Assembly: GCA_030587475.2 (NCBI GenBank)
Contig: JAUQYZ020000083.1
Span: 1 to 38,399, forward strand
From: Candidatus Sigynarchaeum calidifontis
GTDB lineage: Archaea > Asgardarchaeota > Lokiarchaeia > Sigyniarchaeales > Sigyniarchaeaceae
Direction of reading: 5' to 3'
Length of the DNA stretch: 38,399 nt
The notes under the pieces: model-generated
What the model was told of the DNA's origin: nothing
The model's database searches: none
The model's input: the letters and a program-made list of their open reading frames with translations, nothing else
Part shown: positions 8,624-16,942 of the stretch, one piece after another
Layout: each line of letters opens with the position of its first letter
How positions within the stretch are numbered: position 1 is the first letter of the stretch
Made by a program: the position numbers and the translations under genes

Positions 8624-8707
8624 TAGTGGCGGGGCAGTAGGAAGTTTCTTTAGGTCAAAGGATATCCATTCACTTGTTGAGTGGAAGCAAGATAAAAGGT
8701 AGATACA

Positions 8708-10363
8708 ATGCCAACAGAGAAAGATCTCAAGACACATCCAGACCGGGTCATCATCTTTCAGGAGGGTGCACAAGTGACCCGGTCGGGCAAGATAAAACTG
8801 GATGCTGGCCTGTCAGTCGTGAAGATCGGGGGCATCCCCCCGTCGGTCGATCCGCAATCGATCCGCGTCAAGGGAACGGGTCCTGGCCAGGTCCTCAACA
8901 TGGTCGTTAAGAAAGCCTACGCGGAGAAGGCGCCACCCGGCAAGCAGCGGGAGATCGTCGACAAGCTCAAGGCTCTGGGCAAGGAGCTGCGAGGCATCGA
9001 TGACATGCTCGCGGGCAAGGAAGCCGCCCTCGCGCAGTACAAGGCATCCATCGCCACGGCGACGAGCAAGTTCCCGCTGTTCTCGGCCACGGGCAAGGTG
9101 CCGTTCGCCACGTACGCCGAGCTGGACGAGTCACTGACCGCCCGGGTCGATGGAACGATCGACGAGATCGCCGCCCTTCAGCAGCAAAAAAAGGCCGTGA
9201 ACAACCAGATCGCGGTGCTCCAGAAGGAATTCCAGAAGTTGCGGGGCAAGCAAGGCACGGTCGAGAGCCAGGAGGTGCTGCTCGATATCGAGAGCAAGGA
9301 CATGGCGGAATTTGAATTCGTCGTCTCGTACGTGTTTAAATCGTCATCGCAAGCGCGCTGGAAGCCGTTTTACGAGGTGTATCTCAAGGAAACGGGCAAT
9401 GAAGCGCTGCTCAAGCTCAACGGGCTCGTGACCAACGCGACCGGCGAGGACTGGCTCGATGTGAAACTCGCCCTCTCGACGGCGAACATCCGCCCCGTGG
9501 CAATCGTGGAACCTTCACCATTTATTATCCGGGCGCACAAGCCAATGCCCCAAGTCGCCGCCAAGGTGATGGCCGCCGCGCCGATGAGCCGCCCGGCGAG
9601 TATGTTCAAGAAAGCGTCAAAGGAGATGGAAAAGCGAGAAGAATCCATTGCAGACGAGGACTTGGCAATGCCCGAGGCGGCGCCCGAGCCCGAGGCAGAG
9701 ATCGACATGGCCTCGGTGACCGAGGAAGCCGCCGAGGTGCACGAGGGGGTCGGTATTCAAGTCTACGAGGTTCCAGGTAAAGTTAACATCCCGAACGGTA
9801 AAGATTCAGGCCCCTACTTTCTCAAGGAATTCACGCTCGAGTCGACGCTAGAAATTTACTGGAGTAGCGCGCAGGGGGAGATGAGCATTGCCCGGAACAG
9901 GGTGAAAAACACGGTGCAAGTGCTCTTGCCCGGCCAAATGCGCACGTACATCGATAACGAGTTCACGGGCGAGAGCCAGCTCGATCTCGTGCGACCATTC
10001 GAGGAATTTGACGCCGGGATCCGTGAAAGCAAAGTCGTAAAAGTCAGGAAGACGCTCGTCGATCGCGGCCGCAAGAAGTCTGGCATGGTCAAGGACAAGG
10101 TTTCCCGGCATTACGGCTATCGGATCACGCTGGAACTGCTCGCCGATCTCGACACCAAGATCGTCGTTCAAGATGTTATTCCGATCTCGGACTCGACGAG
10201 GATCACGATCGAGAACGTCAAGTTCAGCAAGGAACCCGATAAAAACGTGTCCGGAGTGCTCACGTGGAAGATCCCCACGAAAGGCATGAAGAAGCTAGAC
10301 ATCGACTACGAGTTCGATGTGCTATACGAGAAAAACGTCGAGGTGATTCCGCCTCTCCCGTAG
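8708..10363 (+). CDS. DUF4140/DUF4139 domain protein (MuiA-like family), paralog 1
   Basis: N-terminal VIIFQEGAQVTR...SVDPQSIRV, a coiled coil, ARWKPFY and VTNATGEDWLDVKLALST, then a beta-rich C-terminal domain ending GVLTWKI. Confidence 0.88.
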   Translation: MPTEKDLKTHPDRVIIFQEGAQVTRSGKIKLDAGLSVVKIGGIPPSVDPQSIRVKGTGPGQVLNMVVKKAYAEKAPPGKQREIVDKLKALGKELRGIDDMLAGKEAALAQYKASIATATSKFPLFSATGKVPFATYAELDESLTARVDGTIDEIAALQQQKKAVNNQIAVLQKEFQKLRGKQGTVESQEVLLDIESKDMAEFEFVVSYVFKSSSQARWKPFYEVYLKETGNEALLKLNGLVTNATGEDWLDVKLALSTANIRPVAIVEPSPFIIRAHKPMPQVAAKVMAAAPMSRPASMFKKASKEMEKREESIADEDLAMPEAAPEPEAEIDMASVTEEAAEVHEGVGIQVYEVPGKVNIPNGKDSGPYFLKEFTLESTLEIYWSSAQGEMSIARNRVKNTVQVLLPGQMRTYIDNEFTGESQLDLVRPFEEFDAGIRESKVVKVRKTLVDRGRKKSGMVKDKVSRHYGYRITLELLADLDTKIVVQDVIPISDSTRITIENVKFSKEPDKNVSGVLTWKIPTKGMKKLDIDYEFDVLYEKNVEVIPPLP

Positions 10364-10373
10364 GTGACGTGCC

Positions 10374-12077
10374 ATGACAGAAATAGAAGCAGAAGCAACG
10401 AAACCGGAACCGATCCTTTTCGAAGCACCAGTGCGAGACGTTATGGTATTCCGTAACGGTACCAAAATAGTCAGAGAAGGGAAATTAAAGATACCCGCCG
10501 AGAATAGCACGATCGCGCTGAAGTTTCTGCCACAGTCGATCGACGATTCCACGGTCAAGGTCTCGGGCAAGGGCAAGGTGCCTGGTCGCATCAAGTCAAT
10601 GAATATCGAGCCGCACTACGAGCAAGAGGCAAACAAGGCCGAGATCGAAAAACGGGAAAAAGAACTGGATGCCATGCGCGAAAAAGACGCCATATTCCAG
10701 CGCAAGATCGAGTATTATCAAGCACGCAAGGCCGACCTCGTGAAGCTCAAGGAAGCGTTCTTGCAGCAGTTCCCGTTCGTGGAGGCCGACGACTACCCCG
10801 CCAAGTTCTTGCTTCAAGCGGAGAAGCTATCCATCCCGCCCCCCAGGGCGGGTCTTGATGACTTCCTCAAGAACGCGGACGGGGCGATCGCCGCCACGGC
10901 AGCCAAGATCTTTGCCCTCGTGGACGAGCAAGCCGACCTGCGCGAGAAAATCGACGTGGCGCAGCGCCAGCTCGACCAGCTGCGGAACAAGTCGGGGGTC
11001 AAGACGTTCAAGCAAGTCGTGCTCGACGTGTCCGCGCAGAAAGAAGGCGAGTTCACGTTCACGATCGAGTACGTGATCCACGCGGGCTACTGGACGCCGC
11101 TATACGAGGTCTACCTCGCCGACGAGTCGGCCAAGGTCGGCATCAAGGTCATCGCCGGCGTGACGAACAACACGGAGGAGGACTGGGACGACGTGTGGCT
11201 GACCGTGTCGAGCGCGGACTTGCACCCGGTCGTGATGCGCGAGCCGCAGCCCTGGGTACTGCGGGAATGGCGGCCCATGCCAAGCCCCAAGGACAGTTTC
11301 TATGGCCGGCGGGACTCGGGTGCCCCGGGTGGCGGGATGCCCCCGCCCGCGCCCCCCGCGTTCCCCATGGCCACGGCTGCGCCGATGATGGTGCCTAGGG
11401 AAGACAAGGCCGTGCTCGAGAAGCCTTCTGCCGAGGTTGGCGGGAGCGCGGCGGCTGGCGTTGTCACGTTCAAGCTGCCCTCCAAGCTATCCATCAAGCA
11501 AGGCTCGTTCCGCAACAACATCTACTTGCTCGAGCTCAGCCTGGACGGCAAGGCCGAGTTCTTCTACAACACGGACAATGCCAAGCTCATCATGCAGAAC
11601 GTGATCAAGAACGGCGACATGGAGCTGCTGCCGGGACAGGCCAAGATCTACGTCGGTGACGACTACATCGGCGAGACCACGATGAATGACGTCTTGCCCG
11701 GCGAGGAGTTCACGCTCGGCACGCGCGAGTCGCACGATCTCAAGATCGAGAAGAAACTCGTCGACCGTTCGACCGACAAGGGCGGCCTGGCCAAGGGGAA
11801 GGTCGTCAAGTACTACAATTACGAGATCACGATCGAGATCTTGTCCGACGCGGCCCGCAAGAACGAGCTCGTCCTCATGGATCGCATGCCGTTCTCGGAC
11901 TCGGAGCTGGTGAAGGTCGTTGGCCCTACCGGGCTGCAATACCAGCCGGACGAGAGCAAGATGGGAGTCATGAAGTTCCGGCTCAAGCTCGCGAACATGG
12001 ACAAGAAATTCAAGATATCGTACACGTTTGAAATATCTTATGAAAAAGACGTTATTCTCGATACAAGCCTTCCTTGA
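10374..12077 (+). CDS. DUF4140/DUF4139 domain protein (MuiA-like family), paralog 2
   Basis: VMVFRNGTKIVR...SIDDSTVKV, a coiled coil, YWTPLY, VTNNTEEDWDDVWLTVSS and LLPGQAKIYVGDDYIGET. GGTGA Shine-Dalgarno just upstream; starts 10 nt after paralog 1. Confidence 0.88.
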   Translation: MTEIEAEATKPEPILFEAPVRDVMVFRNGTKIVREGKLKIPAENSTIALKFLPQSIDDSTVKVSGKGKVPGRIKSMNIEPHYEQEANKAEIEKREKELDAMREKDAIFQRKIEYYQARKADLVKLKEAFLQQFPFVEADDYPAKFLLQAEKLSIPPPRAGLDDFLKNADGAIAATAAKIFALVDEQADLREKIDVAQRQLDQLRNKSGVKTFKQVVLDVSAQKEGEFTFTIEYVIHAGYWTPLYEVYLADESAKVGIKVIAGVTNNTEEDWDDVWLTVSSADLHPVVMREPQPWVLREWRPMPSPKDSFYGRRDSGAPGGGMPPPAPPAFPMATAAPMMVPREDKAVLEKPSAEVGGSAAAGVVTFKLPSKLSIKQGSFRNNIYLLELSLDGKAEFFYNTDNAKLIMQNVIKNGDMELLPGQAKIYVGDDYIGETTMNDVLPGEEFTLGTRESHDLKIEKKLVDRSTDKGGLAKGKVVKYYNYEITIEILSDAARKNELVLMDRMPFSDSELVKVVGPTGLQYQPDESKMGVMKFRLKLANMDKKFKISYTFEISYEKDVILDTSLP

Positions 12078-12098
12078 GGGCTCCCCTTTTTTTATTTA
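12078..12098 (+). terminator. Candidate terminator (short GGG-CT-CCC element followed by a T-tract)
   Basis: gggctccc followed by ctttttttattt directly after the stop of the DUF4139 pair. Confidence 0.4.
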
Positions 12099-12126
12099 TC
12101 GATTGGATCATGGTAAAATGATGATC

Positions 12127-12765
12127 ATGTCACAGAACCTTGTAAAAACGCGACCATCGACCGGCAAGAGATGGAAATTCTGGTGCATGGTGACCGGGGG
12201 CATCTTGGTGGTCACCATCTTCCCGATTTTCACGTTCGTGTCGCTTGCCTTGTTCCCGCTGCCCTATTCGGCGATCACGAACTGGCTAAGCGACCTCGGG
12301 AACTCGGTGTACAGTCCGGGCGGGGCAATCTGGTACAATACAGGCTGCATCTTGACCGGCGTGGCGCTCGTGCCATTTTTTATAGGGCTTAACATGTTCA
12401 CCCTTGAAGAAAAATGGAAAAAAAACGTGCTCGTCATCTTGCAATCGTTTGGACTCGTCCAGGCCTTTGCACTTGTCATGATCGGAGTGTTTTCAGAAGA
12501 TTACCCCGAGCAACACATCACGTGGTCTTCGATCTTCTTCGTGGTGAACATGCTCGTCCAGATCATCGCGAGCATCTCTTTACTCCATCACCCGCTGTTC
12601 AGCAAGGCGATCGCTGCCTACGGGTTTGCGACGTCGGCAATCAACGTGCTTTTCGTCGTCACGCTCGGTGAATCGCCGGCAGTCGAGTGGATGACCGTGT
12701 TCACGGCGTTGGGCTTCGTGGCATTGGCCGTCACGAACACGATCGTCAAGTTTAGAGAGAAATGA
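12127..12765 (+). CDS. DUF998-family membrane protein (~5 TM)
   Basis: YSAITNWLSDLG motif, IGVFSED..EQH and several hydrophobic helices. The start is one of the clustered ATGs at 12118, 12121 or 12127. Confidence 0.8.
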   Translation: MSQNLVKTRPSTGKRWKFWCMVTGGILVVTIFPIFTFVSLALFPLPYSAITNWLSDLGNSVYSPGGAIWYNTGCILTGVALVPFFIGLNMFTLEEKWKKNVLVILQSFGLVQAFALVMIGVFSEDYPEQHITWSSIFFVVNMLVQIIASISLLHHPLFSKAIAAYGFATSAINVLFVVTLGESPAVEWMTVFTALGFVALAVTNTIVKFREK

Positions 12766-12907
12766 ACAAGACTGGTAAATACTTTGCTTTTTCCTGGAAC
12801 CTTCGACACGGGCCGTGGATACCTACATCAATTCCCTTTGAAGACACGGATCGTGACGGCGTTTTTCCGCGTGTTCGATAGTGATACCTTGATGGTAGCG
12901 GCCGGGT

Positions 12908-13159
12908 TTACATGATCTCGATCAACTCGTGTCGGGCGAGCTGTTTCAACACTTTCACGAGCAAATCAAGACTCATCGACGCGAGCTCGCGGGCGAGCTC
13001 GTCGACCTCCTTGCAATCCCCGATCGCGCTCAAGCACGTGTACTCGTCCTTGGTTATCATTCCCAATAGCATCGCCATCCGCAGTACCTTCTCGTTGGGT
13101 ACCTTGTTCCTCACGACTTCCGTGCCGTCGAACTGGATCGTTTGCGGTTTCTTCCTCAT
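12908..13159 (-). CDS. Small winged-helix-like protein
   Basis: C-terminal ITKDEYTCLSAIGDCKEVDELARELASMSLDLLVKVLKQLARHELIEI is a wHTH-like pattern. Likely start is ATG 13159 (MRKKPQ); the ORF can extend to 13210. Confidence 0.6.
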   Translation of the reverse strand: MRKKPQTIQFDGTEVVRNKVPNEKVLRMAMLLGMITKDEYTCLSAIGDCKEVDELARELASMSLDLLVKVLKQLARHELIEIM

Positions 13160-13477
13160 CGTCGGGCGCTCCGTTTGTTCGTCGTTTCCATCGCGCCGTG
13201 GTGCCACCACGCTGTGCTTGACCCCCGTTTCACGCGGGATGAGGCTGTCACGGCACTTCTAACACGCGCAACCCATGAAAATCATGATATTTATACTTGA
13301 TCTGGGAAAATAACGGCGATCTGGTCTCCACCAGCATTTACATGAATGAAAAAGGGTATGCAACCTTGTATAAACGAAATCGTCAACTTGCTAGGGACCG
13401 CCACGCTGGATGCCATCCCTCGCGCGCGTCGCGATCGCGCCGCAAGGTTTGTACGCTCGGGATAATTCGCGCCTGTT

Positions 13478-14101
13478 ATGGTAAAATACGTGCCGCAATC
13501 CCATGAGATCCTCACGCCCATCGACGGTAACGAGGTGCTCAAGCGCATTGAACAAGCGGGCAGGATTTGCTACAAGTCAGAGGCCATGGTAACAGCCGAC
13601 TCGCACCTCCGATTTGCAAAAATGATCATGGGTCGCGAGCATTTTTCGGTCATCGAGCATGTTAACGTGACGGTCAAGTTCGTGACAAACCGAGGCGTGA
13701 CCCACGAGCTCGTTCGCCATCGTACCGCTTCCTACTCGCAAGAGAGTACCCGTTACTGCAATTATGCAAAGGGAAAGTTCGACGGCGAGATCACCGTGAT
13801 CGACCAGCGGGATCTCTTCGCAGACCCCGCGCACTACAAGATCTGGAAGGATGCAATGGTCGAGGCCGAGCGGGCCTACATGGATCTCATCGAGCACGGC
13901 GTGTCGCCACAGGTGGCGCGTGGCGTCCTCCCGACCGATCTGAAGACCGAGATCATCGTGACTGCCAACTTGCGCGAGTGGCGACACATCCTCGAGCTGC
14001 GAACGAGCGAGGCCGCGCACCCGAACATCCGAGCGCTCATGAAGGGGTTGCTCGCGGATTTCAAGCAAAAAATCCCCGTGATCTTCGACGATATCGAGTA
14101 G
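13478..14101 (+). CDS. thyX: FAD-dependent thymidylate synthase
   Basis: AGRICYKS, HFSVIEH, signature ELVRHRTASYSQESTRY, ARGVLP, NLREWRH and AAHPNIR. Confidence 0.97.
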   Translation: MVKYVPQSHEILTPIDGNEVLKRIEQAGRICYKSEAMVTADSHLRFAKMIMGREHFSVIEHVNVTVKFVTNRGVTHELVRHRTASYSQESTRYCNYAKGKFDGEITVIDQRDLFADPAHYKIWKDAMVEAERAYMDLIEHGVSPQVARGVLPTDLKTEIIVTANLREWRHILELRTSEAAHPNIRALMKGLLADFKQKIPVIFDDIE

Positions 14102-14261
14102 AATGATCGTCGAAACGATATAGGCTGATATTCTTTTGGTAATTAGGAATGTGTCTGATTGTCCGAGTGCTATCTACAATTCGCATTCTTTTCGAAGGCA
14201 AAAAATGAAAAAGTTTTACCATGTTCGATAATGCGGATTGAATTAAAGAGTAAGAAAAGGG

Positions 14262-14927
14262 TTAAAGCCGCATATATTTCGGCACGATCTTGAACGTGAT
14301 CAAATAAGGGATGATTACATCGAAAACCGACTGCCACGTGTTGATCAATAACGCCATGCCGATGACTGCATCCCAGCCCTTGATGTTTGGCAAGCCAAAG
14401 AATGATAAATTAACAAAATTTATGATATACGGGGCAAGTAGATACGTAAAGAGCACCCAATTTGCCCAGAGCATGAGTATAAGGCGTATCCCCCATGCGG
14501 TCGTCATGGTAATGGCATATGCCTTCACGTTGAAAATCCAGTCCTTCATAACTTGTTTAGTTCTCCCGGTGTACTTCCACACATAATAGAACAAGGTAGG
14601 TACTAGGATAAATGGCAAGGTTGCGAAGAACTTGAAAAATGGGCCGATGCCAGTTGGATCGAAGAAGAACAAGATTGCAGTTCCACCCCCCAAGCACAAC
14701 AATCCGGAGCGCCACCCAAAGACCAGAAAGCACGTGATCCAGATGATGCTAATAGGATCGAAGATGGCGATTCCCCAACCTGGAACGCGGGGAAGGATAG
14801 GTGTTATGATGGCCGAGACGACCGCTGAAATGCCGATGAAGACCGCCGCCCCAGCAATTTCCACTGTCACTTTTCGGCGGTTGAAAGTTGTTGTTGAAGC
14901 CTCTGATTTAACTGTTTCTGTTGTCAT
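14262..14927 (-). CDS. ECF transporter substrate-specific (S) component, substrate unknown
   Basis: ~220 aa with ~6 hydrophobic helices. EIAGAAVFIGISAV carries the AxxxA-like helix-1 motif, followed by FDPISI...LVFGWRSG. Confidence 0.7.
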   Translation of the reverse strand: MTTETVKSEASTTTFNRRKVTVEIAGAAVFIGISAVVSAIITPILPRVPGWGIAIFDPISIIWITCFLVFGWRSGLLCLGGGTAILFFFDPTGIGPFFKFFATLPFILVPTLFYYVWKYTGRTKQVMKDWIFNVKAYAITMTTAWGIRLILMLWANWVLFTYLLAPYIINFVNLSFFGLPNIKGWDAVIGMALLINTWQSVFDVIIPYLITFKIVPKYMRL

Positions 14928-15175
14928 GGTGATTCACTTTGTGTCTTATTGTTTCTGTGTGGTCGAAAGGGGTCTTGGAGCCGCCTACACATTTTTACTC
15001 GAAAAAGCGTAGGTGCCCCGAGGAAATCCTTTTCTGTTAATTCCAATGAGCCGAACTAATTAAACGAACCACCCGCGCATCTACTCTAAAATGGAGGGAT
15101 AAGTTAAGAAGCTTGATTCAAGTTCTATGGATGCTGATTATAATTGTTAACGGTTAGTTCCGGGCATGATCCCAA

Positions 15176-16099
15176 ATGAGCGAGGACATCAAGGCGTTCA
15201 AGGAGCTGGCGAAGGCGAGCCCCGAGCAGCTGAAGGTCAAGGACATCCAAGCCATGCAGAAGCATATCCTCGCCCTGGTGACCGATCTTGGCGATAAAGG
15301 CGAAAAGAAGCTGGATATCCTTGGCGAATTCCTCGTGAAACTGCACTCGGCCGACAAGGACGTGTTTTTCAAGACGATCGCCCCGCTGTTCGACTTCGTC
15401 CGCAACAACCCGAAGGTCGATATCTTCTCGCCCATGCTCGCGCGGAAGGCATTCACGACGAGGGACTTGACCGCCGTGTTCCAGCGGGCGTTCAACACGG
15501 GCGCGCTGTCCATCTTCGATCTAGAGACTTTCCTGCCCAAGGCCGCGACGAAGACGAAGCAAGCGCTCTTGCTTGGCCGTATGCTCAAGGCGTCTTCCGA
15601 GGGCGTGATGCAAGACACGGTTTGCGACCAGCTCGTCAAGCTCGTGCTACCCGCGGACATGCCATCGCTGGACCCCGCCAGCATGATGGACATGGGCTTC
15701 ATCGAACGCATGATGCAGTCGATCGGCTTGCTCGGCTTGCTTCACAAGCAAAAATTTCCCGTGGCGCCCGTCATCAACCGTATCGGCGAGCAGCAGGGGC
15801 CACAAGTGGCGATGTTCGTGCTGCTCATGCTCGGGCAAGCATTCGTCGACGAGGACGGGATCCAGGCCATCTTGCGCGACATGGATAACGAGGTGTTCGC
15901 GAACATGTTCAACAACGCCCGGAAGATGATGGGTAACATGATGCAAGGCATGGCGGAGAAGGGGGGAATGCCTGGCATGCCTCTCTCGCCCGGTGGGACG
16001 TTGCCCGGCTTCCGCTTGCCGAAGGTACCCGGTCGTTCCCTTCTCGCCCGCATCCTCGCGAAAATCATGGGCTTCTTCGACCGGTTCCGGCGATCGTGA
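15176..16099 (+). CDS. Hypothetical helical protein with a Met/Gly-rich segment and a C-terminal amphipathic basic helix
   Basis: 307-aa ORF with strong GC3 codon bias; no family recognised. Confidence 0.75.
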   Translation: MSEDIKAFKELAKASPEQLKVKDIQAMQKHILALVTDLGDKGEKKLDILGEFLVKLHSADKDVFFKTIAPLFDFVRNNPKVDIFSPMLARKAFTTRDLTAVFQRAFNTGALSIFDLETFLPKAATKTKQALLLGRMLKASSEGVMQDTVCDQLVKLVLPADMPSLDPASMMDMGFIERMMQSIGLLGLLHKQKFPVAPVINRIGEQQGPQVAMFVLLMLGQAFVDEDGIQAILRDMDNEVFANMFNNARKMMGNMMQGMAEKGGMPGMPLSPGGTLPGFRLPKVPGRSLLARILAKIMGFFDRFRRS

Positions 16100-16150
16100 G
16101 GACAAGCCCGATTAATTGGAATGATCAACAGTTAGAAAACACTTGGCTCG

Positions 16151-16909
16151 CTAGCGCTTCAGGATCCGCCTTGCCGGGTCGGCCGGACCTTGTTTCTCGT
16201 GCTTGGCCTGCACGTCCATCAAGTAATCGTGCAGCATCCCGCCGGGCTCGAACATTTCGGGCTTCAAACGCCGCAGTTCGTCCAGCAAGGGGATTAAATG
16301 GTTAAGCGTCGCCCGTTCCGTCCCATCCGACCTGGCCATCATGTAGGCTACCGATTCTCTGCATTCCTGGGCGATGTTGATCGCGTACTTGTTCAGCGTC
16401 TCGGGTGTCAAGGGTGCTCCGACAAGGATCGGTAACGATCGCCGCGTGGCACCGCACGGGCTCTCCACGGTCGTCGCCGCGCTCGCGATGCGCATCCGCG
16501 ACGAGTCCAGCGTAATCTCGTATCTCGGCAAGCCGAAAGCGCCGGCGAACTCGTCGATCGCCCCGATGCCCGTCACGGGCTCCAGGTGGCACATGGTCGA
16601 GGGCATGAACACGTTCGGGTTTATATCGCGGGCTTGTTGGATGAGGCCTCGCCCCAGGTCGATGGCGATGAGGAGCGGCTTGCCGATGCCGGCCAGCTCG
16701 AGGTTGATGTCCGGGTGCGTGACGTACGAGATGATGAGATCTGCTCCTTGCATTTGCTCGCGGGCACCTGGCGGGAACTCGTACTCGTCGATGATCTCCC
16801 GCGCATCCCTCGGCTCGACGAGCACCATCGAAACGTTGCGGAACTTGTCCTTGATAGTTTCAAGCGCCCTGTCGCCGAACTTGCCATCGCTCAAGATGAT
16901 GATACGCAT
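16151..16909 (-). CDS. DUF166-family protein
   Basis: MRIIILSDGKFGDRA, ADLIISYVTHPDI, PSTMCHLE, IDEFAGAFGLPRYEI and SPCGAT match the archaeal DUF166 pattern. Confidence 0.8.
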   Translation of the reverse strand: MRIIILSDGKFGDRALETIKDKFRNVSMVLVEPRDAREIIDEYEFPPGAREQMQGADLIISYVTHPDINLELAGIGKPLLIAIDLGRGLIQQARDINPNVFMPSTMCHLEPVTGIGAIDEFAGAFGLPRYEITLDSSRMRIASAATTVESPCGATRRSLPILVGAPLTPETLNKYAINIAQECRESVAYMMARSDGTERATLNHLIPLLDELRRLKPEMFEPGGMLHDYLMDVQAKHEKQGPADPARRILKR

Positions 16910-16942
16910 CGTTCCGACCTTTCTCGTGTATTTTTATCGTGG

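Noticed and set aside
14960-15035. FMN riboswitch (TTCCTCGGGGCA on -) or TPP riboswitch (AGCGTAGG on +) upstream of the ECF gene
   Set aside because: Only isolated fragments match. The remaining conserved cores are missing, and the TPP-like piece is on the non-coding strand.
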